NCBI GenBank assembly: GCA_015680685.1
Contig: MNCI01002748.1
Location: 464,856 to 528,855 of the forward strand
Direction of reading: 5' to 3'
DNA: 64,000 nt
DNA from: Gnetum montanum
Taxonomy: Eukaryota; Plantae; Gnetophyta
Position numbers and translations under genes: made by a program. Below, piece by piece: positions 54,101 to 64,000 of this stretch. The notes below the pieces were generated by a model. That model was not told the DNA's origin. It saw only the letters and a program-made list of their open reading frames with translations, and searched no databases. Every line of letters begins with the position of its first letter. Position 1 is the first letter of the stretch.

Positions 54101-54910
54101 AATAAAGCATTCTAGCCTCTTTAATATCTTGATTTATTCTATCCTCCTTTGCCTTATCAAATATATTAAGTGTAAAAGTTAGATTAACAAAGGTTAATTG
54201 AAGTTTTCCTAACCTACAGTTGATTATAGCATTAGTTATTTCTAACCAAGATCTTCCTAGAATAATAGGGAAATTATCTAGAACCTTAACTTCTAATACA
54301 AAAAAAATCTATAGGATATTTTCCTTTTCTAATTCTACTATTAAATCTTCAAGTATTCCTATAGGTTTAATGGTTGATTTTTCATCTAAGAAAATTTACA
54401 TATCTACTTTTCTAATATGTTCTAGGTCTAGTACCTTAGCCATTGCACATGGCATAATGTTAATCTTGATGCCTAAATCTAATAGGGCATTTTTGATACT
54501 TTTGTCATTAATTTTTATAGGAATAATTGGAACTCCTGGGTCTTGGTATTTTGGAATCTCATAACTCTCTATAAGTTGAGATAAATTATCAACTAGATAT
54601 ACTTGTCTAGGAATATTTTCTTTTCTTATTTTTATAAATAACTTCTTTAAATATTTTTCATAAACTATAGTACTCTTTAAATCTTGATCAAGTGAAATAT
54701 GCAAGTACAATTCCCTAAACATTTTCTCTATGTGAACCTTAGTGGAAAATCTTCCTGCAATCTTTTAGGAAATGGTGATGAAATTATTCTCCTACTTATC
54801 GGTGATGATAGGGAATTTGAAGGTTGCTTTCTTAAATCCTCCTCCACCTTTTCCTCACTTACCTCTTTGTCCAATATAGGTATTTTGTCATACCGGTCTT
54901 CCAATTGCAC
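51180..54910 (-). pseudogene. pol: pol remnant of Ath-5 (PR-RT-RH-INT)
   Basis: Protease KYQDPGVPIIP..ALLDLGIKINIMP (54396-54722), RT/RH linker FLDHARYYRKFIEDFSKI (52935-53135), integrase YHPQTNGLVE (~51725-51755). Confidence 0.9.
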
Positions 54911-54949
54911 TTCCTCAACTCAATCTTTAAAACTAACCTTCTTATTAGG

Positions 54950-56050
54950 TTTGGGTTCTATTATCTTTCCACTTCTTGTAATGATGGAATTTAGTAGTTT
55001 TTTGTCTTTTCTTTGATTTTTGGGGTTGGATTCAAGTAGGAAGGTTAAGTCACTTTTGATTAGGTTCTAAAATTACCTTCAAATTTCAATTACAAACTAC
55101 CTATTTTCTTAAATAAAGGTTAATAAACTTTGGATTAAGCGATCCAATTACTCAGTAACCAAATTTCTAAATGCTCTGTAATTATTTTGAGAGATTGCTA
55201 CTAGTTTTTGGTAGAATTTTCTTGGTTGAAATGAAGAAGAATTTTGATTTCTAATTTTCTAAAAAGCTCTTACTTATTCTTGAACCTCTTCATTACAATA
55301 TACCAAAGCTAGACAAGTTGTGGTGTCATGCTACTCATTTCCACATAGATTAGAGCCTTCCCCCTAAGAAAATTGAAATTGTTTCTTACTTAATTTTGTT
55401 AATTCATTAAATTTCTTATTTTGTTAGTCAATTTGATGAGTTACATATTTCATGACATTAGATTTTGGCCAATTTTTGCTTTAATCTACCAAGAAATCAA
55501 TAATTATCCAACCTTCCTCTAGTGTAACATTTAAAATGTTTCCCCCATAAGAAAAGTCTACATTTTTTCTACAATATGGTAACAACCCTTGTGCAAATAT
55601 TTAAATTAATTGATCAAGTGGAAATCCCTTATTCGAATTTTTAAGACATATTCTCTTAAATTTATCAAAATCATTTTCATAATTCTCATCTTCTTTTTAT
55701 GTAAAACTCATTCATTGTTCCTTAGGGTATATAATCTATCATTAGAGAGGAAGAATTAGATAAATGTTGTCTTAATTCTTCCCATGAGCTTATCTAAGTT
55801 ATTAAGTTTGGACCCCAAAATCATCTTTATCTTTTAAGGTGGATTTAAACATTATCATTTTTGTCCTATCCTCACATTAAGGTGCTAACATGGCTATCAT
55901 GATTTTAAATTCTCTAACATGAGTTACTAGGTCTTCCTCATTAGTTCCCCTAAAGATGGATAGTAAACGAGAGTTTTTAACTTCTATATTCCTTCCTAGG
56001 GGAAATACTCATGGTCTTTAAGAAATAGTAGGTGTTCTTTGATTCAATAA
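54950..56050 (-). pseudogene. gag: gag remnant of Ath-5
   Basis: IFRGTNEEDLVTHVREF-like motif at ~55905-55960 and a knuckle remnant at ~55310-55355. Confidence 0.7.
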
Positions 56051-57245
56051 ATTTCCTAAGGTTTGACCTTAATATACTTGATCCAAAGGAAAACTAGAGC
56101 TTATACTACCAAAACAAAGAGGAATTGAGCTTTGAGATGTTGTGAGAGGTATATGATATGAAGGATATCCAATAGCAAATAAAAAGTACCTATTGTTAGG
56201 ATTGGAATTAAAGTCAATATTGAAATAAAGATGGCTATTGTGGTAAGAGAAGTTTAAAAATTTAAGACACTTATCAGATAAGTAGTACCTTCTAAAATGG
56301 CTATGTGGCTTAATATTTGGGCAATTTTAGCATTTTGTTCTTGGGAAATAGCACCTGTAACTGGAATTTTTTGTTTTCATTCTTATTTTTAATGTATCTA
56401 GGATTGCATTGAATGTTGCTAAAAATGAAAATTATGTTGCTAGTTCACTTGGTTGAAAAATTTCTATTGAAGTTTCAAATTTAATTTCCTTATTATATAG
56501 TACTTCTACTTCTATGATAGGAGATTGTAAAAGCTATTCTAAAGCTTGAACTCGTTAAGATAAACTTACATGCTAGCTAGCTAAAATCTAAACAATTCTT
56601 CTACTATTATTTAAAATAAATTCTTTCCTTTCCCTGACTAATTGAGTTAAGTGAAATTCTAGTTCCTCTTCATTACTTGTTGATATTCTTAGATTTACAA
56701 GAGTTTTGGGAGTTTTGAAAGTTGTAGGAATACTAGTGAAAGTTTCTTTTTTCCTTTCTAATTTGTCTAGTTCAAGACTAAAACTTTTTTTTTTTTTTGG
56801 TTTTTCTGGAATATGTTCTAAGTTAGTTGCTATAGTGCATTTGTAATAACTTTTGGTATTCTTGGAACGTTGTATTCAACTTGGGTTTTTAAGTTGCTTA
56901 TTAGATTTCATTAAAATTAACAAGTACACCCTTCCCTAACACATTCATGAGCAATTAATCCTAGGAACTTACAAATAGGTTTTTAATTCACCTATAATTA
57001 TGGATTTAAAGGTAATTTTCTTAAAACTTTCTTTAGTCTTGGAAACTAATGGAACTAATTCTTGCAACTTTTGTACTTTTTTCTCAATTTTGATTTTCCT
57101 ATTTTTCTTCTTGCATGAATAAAAATTAAAAAAAATTGTTAAAAATAAAAAATAAATAAAAGAAAGAATATGTATCTTTTGATGGTGAAGAATAACTATA
57201 ATAAAATTATATCAAACCCTTGATGAACATTAACTTTGTTAGCCT

Positions 57246-57262
57246 TCCCAGTGACAATGCCA
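57246..57262 (-). other. Degenerate tRNA-Asp PBS of Ath-5
   Basis: The minus strand reads TGGCATTGTCACTGGGAA adjacent to the 5' LTR. Confidence 0.7.
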
Positions 57263-57265
57263 AAT

Positions 57266-58293
57266 TGATGAGCCAACCAAAATTTGGTGCTAGATTACCT
57301 TCATTGCAGCAATGTTACCTCATTTGTGACCAACTCACAAGTCGTATCCATGGAGAAATAGCTAAAATTGAAAGAAATCATCAAAAAAATTAACTAATTA
57401 AACTCAATTCTAATTAAATCCTACACTTATAACTATCACTCATAAGGTAAATCATAAATTCTCACCCTAACTTCTAACTTAAGCTCATGAACAAAATTTA
57501 ATGATTAAATCAACTTTGAAGTCATTAAATAAAAAATATAATTTTTAAGGAGCACAAGAGAGATATCAGAAAATTTTTAATTCTACCTCATTATTTTCAT
57601 TGTGTAGCAATCTTAATAGCCCACTAGTGGACTCTAATGGTTGCTAGTTGCCACAAGGTTTAAGTAGCTCCTAGGATAATTCTTGGGAATTAAGGAATTA
57701 CTTCAACTTGAGTTCTCTTGGGGTATGAATTATTACCATTACTTTGAGTAAGGAGGTCCCTTTTATACAAGAAGGAATAAGAAATTAATTTATGAAAAAT
57801 AGTTATGTGGACATATTAATTGACATTATGGGAATCAATGTGGATCAATATCACTAGTGGAGCAACTGTGACTTATCAATCTACATAGAAGCAATGATCT
57901 ATCTTTGCTTCTTGTTTTGTCAATGCATATCATAACTATCATTTGGACCAATATCTATATTCTATTGAAGGCTCTAGACACCTATGGCTCTAGTGATATC
58001 GATCCTTACAACACTCATTATAGGTATCAATAAGATTGAGGTCAATTTTTGTGGATCCTTGCAATAAATATTGATATCCCATGCATTGGAGTATGTCAAA
58101 AGTTCTATAAGAATCAATATCATATCAATTCAGGTCTCAATCACTATATCCTTTGAAACATAACTTTTGAAAGATGACTAATACTTATCACATACCATTA
58201 TGGAAATCAGTGTACTTAAATAAGCTCAAATAGTAAAAAAGTAAAAGTTTAAAATAATTTAATTGAAACAAAAAGACAATTGGGGGTTCATTA
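57266..58293 (-). repeat. 5' LTR of Ath-5
   Basis: Collinear with 45822-46838. Confidence 0.9.
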
Positions 58294-58999
58294 GACTTCA
58301 TCATTTGGCAATAAATATATGAGAAAAATATGTTATATAGGATTCTTTAGTAGTAAGATTGTATATGTTCTGAAATTTTTTAATGTATCAATTTTGTCTA
58401 CAATTTTATTATTCAATAATTCACTAGTATTTCATCAATTATCATTACTTCATCAATATTTTATTTATTAATAATTCATTCATCATTTTCAATAAGTTTA
58501 ATACTCACTAGTATTCATTAATAAATTTACTTCATATCAATAGCATTTCATCAACATCAACTAAATTATCAAAGCATTTCAACCAAACTCATTACAAAAC
58601 TAATTAGCATTTAATTTACAAGATCAACGACCATCAAGGTTAAACCAATCAATTCCTCATAAAATTCAAATTAATTTAATTATTTCTTCATCACAATGTT
58701 TCCTATAGATCGAGTTAAGGTCAAAAATTTATGTTACATCAATATCTAATTTTAGAAGTCATAAAAATTCAAGTTTTTTGTAGTTTCACCACCTAACCTT
58801 GACTCGTGAACAACTTGTGGTATTCAAAAAATCAAACCACAAGTTCACCACCACTGATGGTTATAAAATCCATCATAAAATACTAATCAACCACAACCCA
58901 TGGTTATCAACCATGACTCATGGTCTTATTCCAAGACTCATGTTAAAGTTTTTTGATAACATCAAATAGTGTTAAGTGATATTCTTCCAATTAATATTT

Positions 59000-59700
59000 G
59001 ACCAAAATATTGAAATCCAATTAAGTTTAAATTTTGCAAGTAAATAGATATTTTCAAGGACTTTTAAATGAGTCTAATATCACATCAAAACTTCAAATAA
59101 TAAGGAATATATGGGATTTTAAATTTGACAAANAATTAGAACTAATTCAAAATAAAAACTCAATCAAAAATATATATCAAGAAATGAAAATTCAAGAAGA
59201 CACAAAGCATTCAAAAATCAATGGAAAAGCATAAACAGAATATGGAAACTTTAATATTCAACACAAGTCACTCAAGACTAACAACAAAAATTCAAAAATT
59301 CAAAAAGTAATAACATCAAAAGAAAACGAGCAATCAATATTTCATGCATTCTTCCATTCAAATAAAAAAATTTCATCAAATAAGTGGCTAATAAAAATTG
59401 ATTGCACAAATCATATGACATCAAGGATTAATGGCTTTACTAATCTAACATTCACAAGTGACCTTGGTAAGTTATACTTTGAAGATGGAAGAAAACTTTA
59501 GATATTTGGAACATGTATAAATATTAATATAAAATATGAGAATAATTTTTAAATTACATAAGTTTATTATGTATTTGATCTTTAAAAATCACTATTATCA
59601 ATCACTCAACTAACAAATGATGACTATGATATGGTATTCAAAAAGACGTTTTGCATCATCTCTAATGAGAACAACACAAAATAAAATTTTGAAAAGTTTT
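59000..59700 (+). pseudogene. Ty1/copia gag-protease remnant
   Basis: KWLIKIDCTNHMT (~59381-59420) resembles WxxDSGCxxHMT, followed by LYFEDG and LLSITQL motifs. Confidence 0.7.
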
Positions 59701-60089
59701 CAAATCAAATCTCCTTCATATAATCAGGTTAGAAATACATTAATTCCCTTTAAAAAGATAGAAGAGATAGATTATTTATATTTGTGCCTACAAAATCTGT
59801 GCAAAGAAGAATTTCTTCCTAGCAACATAATAAAATCAAAGACTTCAAGACATAAAGACAAGAAAAAAGCTCTCTCATCTTCATCAAAGAAATGGAAAAA
59901 TAAAAGGTAATTCAAGCAAATATCATTCAACCCAACACACAATCATAAAATGTCAAGATCAACAAAAATAATTGAATCAATAAGATCCATCATCAAGAAT
60001 ATTACTCAAATCTAAAAAGCTATCAAAGATTGGTTACATTTTGAAATAAGCCAAAATGAATCCAAACTACATCCTAAAGAATGGATTAT

Positions 60090-60312
60090 TGGTTCTAGCA
60101 TGAATTTTGAATGCTCATACTCCACTCATTATACATGCCTATGTTGTGGATTTCAAACAAGACAAAGAAATAAATTCAAAAATCCAAAGTACAAGATAAT
60201 AAAAGGTCATATTTACTTATGGAAGTATAGCAAAATCAAGTATAAGCATGATGATAAAGCTAAAAGATTAAGAGAAGATATAATAGCTTCATGTAAAATA
60301 GGGATAAAAACA
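60090..60312 (+). repeat. ~200-bp diverged direct repeat of ~45440-45640 (possible LTR pieces of the copia remnant)
   Basis: Shared CTAGCATG..CTCCAYTCAT..AGCAAAATCAAGTAYAAGCATGA..TAAGAGAAGATA..ATGTAAAATAGGGA. Confidence 0.7.
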
Positions 60313-60849
60313 TATAAATTCAAATTTTCTATTGCACCAAAACCTAACCATGACTCATGGTTAGCTCTTTATATTCACAAAATTAAACCACAAGGTCACC
60401 ATCACTATCCAAACAAAGTAATCTAAGAAACTAGTTAATGAAATATTAGGTAACCTCTATAAACTATTGAATGTACTTTCTCAAGGAAAAGATAAGCATG
60501 ATAAAAATTAAGATAATAAAGCAAGACAACTTTAGCAAACATGCAACATAGGATGTTAGGATTAATTAATTTGAAATGGTTGTAATGCTTGCACAAGACA
60601 TCCTTTTAAGTAGAAGATAAATGCTCATGACCCTCTCTTATATGGAGGTATTGACTAATACAACTATACTCATTATCTTCCTTGAGGGTAGTATGACTAA
60701 TGATGATAGGGATAGATACGATGATAGGACTATTACAAATCCTTTAAAAAATGTTCTAGGATAGAAAAAATCAAGTTAAAAAAATTATTTGTCAACTCAA
60801 TTACTAAAATATATTCAAAATGAGTCTTATGAATGAGTGCATATTCATT

Positions 60850-62560
60850 AAACTTAAAAAGAATATTCTTTGCTATCTTGAAATAAGATTATAAGTAAAT
60901 GATTTTATACTAAAAATATTTATTAACATAGTTCATAATAAGTTAAGAATCATCATGCATCAGTATGAGTTTTACTTTACATTGGAGAGCTAGGCCTCAG
61001 ATAATAGCTTTGTATTCAACAATGTTATTGGTGCATGAGAAATCTAAGTGAAATGTCTAATAGACAACATAATCATCCCAAATAATGAGGATACATGATG
61101 TGCTAGAACCACATGTGATATGAGCTCCATCAAAATATAACAAAACAACATGTTTCTCTAGTATCATGAATATTTCATGTCCTCTAATGATCTTGATCAA
61201 GTTAGTAGAAGATGTAGGATTAGGCGATAAATAAGACATCAGATCAATTGTTGCTTTGCCCTTAATAGACTATTAGGCCAAATATAATAGGTAAAACTTA
61301 GAAGTAATGGTTTTCCAATGAGTTGATTGATTTCATAAGGATTATTCGCTGTTGATCTTAAGATGTAATTATGATAAATGATATAAACATGAGATCCTAG
61401 AAAGTAAGGCCTTCACTTTTCAAGGTAAAACTTCTAAATATTTGTATAATAAATCTTACAAATATATAAGATATGAAATAAAAAATAAATAATAAGATCA
61501 ATCCTAATTTCAGGTCTTTTACAAAGCATGATAATCATGGAGTAATTGAACTTGAAGAGATAGAGATAAAATAACTTATCAAATTAAGGTATATGAAAAA
61601 TGGAGAAAGATGAGAGATATTTCTTGATAACATTGAAGCCTTGTTTAGAACTTCTCTTCCTAAGAAAATGCATTGGATTTTTTGAGAAGTGAATTAAAGG
61701 ATGCAAATGATCCATGAATATATTAATAAAGTGATGGGTGAACTAAAGTTAACCTTGTAGAATATGCATGTCCTTAAGTTTCTTAGGAGGAGAATGGTTA
61801 AGGCTGGCCTTAACTTGATTAGGATTAATAGCTATGCCATCATGGGATACTAGAAACCCTATCATCTTTCAAATCAAAATACCAAGTCTATACTTTTTGA
61901 AATGACTTAGAAATTGAATTTATTACATCAAGATAAGACAATTTCCAGATTTTCAGGATGATCAATCACTTAGACTAGCTTAATTATAAGATCATCCATA
62001 TATTCATTGATGATTTCAAAAATTATGTCATTGCAGATATAGGTCATCTCCCGTTAGTATATAGCACCCATATTCCTAAGTCCAAATTGCATTTTCATGT
62101 ATCAAAAGATACCAAAGCGGGTTATAAATGTAGTATATCACTCATGCTCTTGATTTATTCAAATTTTCTTATATTCCAAAATCCCATCCATGAAGGGTAG
62201 AGAAGCATGGTTATCCATGGTGTCAATAAGCTAATTAATGTTTAAAAGAGAAAATTCATTCTTGATGGTGACTTTATTAAGAAAAAAAATTGATGGAAAT
62301 ATAAATAATATCATTTTTCTTGGGAATGATTAAAATGTTTAGTACTCAATTAGAATAGTATGTCAAATGTATTTATCATATCTTATAAAGCTCATTAATC
62401 TCCTCTTCCATAGATAAGACTAGCATAACTTTTACTTTTCTAATCTTTTCTTTGATAATCCTAGATTTTTCTTCAAGGATGATATTATCTTGTACTAGTC
62501 AAGAATCTAATCCAAGCATGACATTGAAATTCCAAGTAAAAATAAAAAAATTATTTTAAA
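60850..62560 (-). pseudogene. pol: Tat-clade Ty3 pol remnant: RT, RNase H end and additional archaeal-type RNase H (aRH)
   Basis: RT TFITRFGIF*YMKMQFGLRNMGAIY (~62055-62135) and EYMDDLII (~61985-62010); SIKGKATIDL (~61240-61270); aRH LYFDGAHITCGSS and CTNNIVEYKAII*GL (~60990-61140). Confidence 0.8.
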
Positions 62561-64000
62561 AAATTTTCCAAGCTCCCAATTAAAGAACTTTGTCAACTCC
62601 TTTAAAATTCATTATTATAAGCTTAGTTAACAGATTATCTATAAGGACTACTTCAAAATCAACGAAGGGTAAGTATGGCAAGTTAATGAAAGATATAATG
62701 TCATGTAGAGAAGCTACAATATAGGAGATGTTAATAAGGAACTCATCAAGGATTCATGTTACCTAGCTAGCAAAACCATTTAATAAGATTGGCTCACAAA
62801 GAAAAAATTAAATGCAAGAATCCATAAGTTTTTGAAACAAAGAGAGCAAGTAAAATAAATATTCTATAACAAGATAAAACCTAAAATTAAATAAAAATTA
62901 ACATTAAAATTTCATAAGGGTTTAACCTCTATAGTTAACAAAAATACATCATAATGTTAAGCTCAATGATTTTATCATAAAAAGTTCAAAAATATGACTG
63001 CTAACATCAATGGCATCAGCTAAAGTATGGGTGATGTTGATTGACTTGTGAGAAACATTAGCAAATATTAATATTTTTGAGTAATTATTAATGTCATTAA
63101 ACATTATATTTTAGTCATTCTCAATACTTGCTACTTACAACCAATAATTCTTTAACTATAAATACCGATAAGCTACTTACTATGCAACAACTTCATCATT
63201 GAGACATTATGATGATCACTAGTTAATACATATGTAAGAGTAAGACTAGAAATGGACATGGAGGGAATAATGACATCCACAAGATGAAATAATCCTCATT
63301 ACATTGTATTCCATAAGGAATTCCTTAGCCTTGGATTATATGACCTAGAACAAATCCTTATCTTTTTCTATTTTTTATTATAGCTTGAATTTTACCCTAG
63401 GGAATAGTCTTATTGTTGTTGCTACTATACTTACTTTCTAATTAAGATGAGAATCATGATGCCAATATCAACACTGAAGCATCACTATTAGAATAAGTAT
63501 AATAATGTATGATAACATTTTTTTTGTTAGATATGCTTAGTAATAATATTGACAATGCATCTTTTCCTAGACTCTAAGGTAATCTAATCATTATAGAAGA
63601 TCAAGTACAAGGAATGTGAATCTACTAAGTATTTTATAACGTTACAAATGTTGTAATTATTAGTTTGAATTTTTTTCTTATTTTTTAATGTAAAGGAAAT
63701 AATGCCAACATTGATGCTAGAGTTTTACCATCAACATCACCTAGGTAATTGTGTGAAGAATAAGTGTTCAAGAGAAACTGAAATTTAGTCATTGGCTAAG
63801 AAGGATGTCAAATAACATTGACCTTATACTTCAAACTCTTGTTTACTCTATAGGGATGCTATTATGCCTAGGTTCTTAGTGATTTAGCCATAGACTTTCT
63901 TTTTGTTAATAACAAATGGAAGAGAATTCATGATAGCTATAGGAAATTCAAGAATTCCTAGACAACCCTATACAATCTATAATTCTAAAGTCTAGGAAAG

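Larger units (their letters stand above)
45822..58293 (-). mobile_element. Ath-5: old full-length Athila-like element of a different family
   Basis: Paired diverged LTRs, degenerate Asp-type PBS, PPT, gag-pol and accessory ORF. Flanks GGCTA/GACTT match 3/5 (decayed TSD). Confidence 0.9.

Noticed and set aside
62600-64000. Further TE coding remnants at the window end
   Set aside because: Too degenerate to assign any motif with confidence.

Overview
This is an AT-rich, apparently gene-free land-plant heterochromatin window made almost entirely of nested LTR retrotransposons of different ages, with four assembly gaps. Five Athila-clade (Ty3/gypsy) elements lie on the minus strand. Ath-1 (~81-9601) and Ath-2 (~10582-21700) are old, truncated and formerly autonomous. 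Ath-3 (30145-36092, TSD ATAGG) is complete but lacks pol. Ath-4 (36845-45179, TSD GCATG) is the youngest, is gapped, and carries a nearly intact long accessory ('env-like') ORF. Ath-5 (45822-58293) is old, full-length and from a different family. Also present are two opposite-strand LTR fragments, a Tat/Ogre gag-protease remnant, a Tat RT-RH-aRH remnant and two Ty1/copia remnants. The most notable pattern is that the accessory gene appears to have its own internal TATA promoter carrying the same CG-containing palindromic motif array as that element's LTR U3. The motif differs between subfamilies but matches between LTR and internal site within each one. This suggests (inference) an element-encoded, sequence-specific trans-activation or anti-silencing circuit. 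Boundaries of degenerate regions were estimated by eye.
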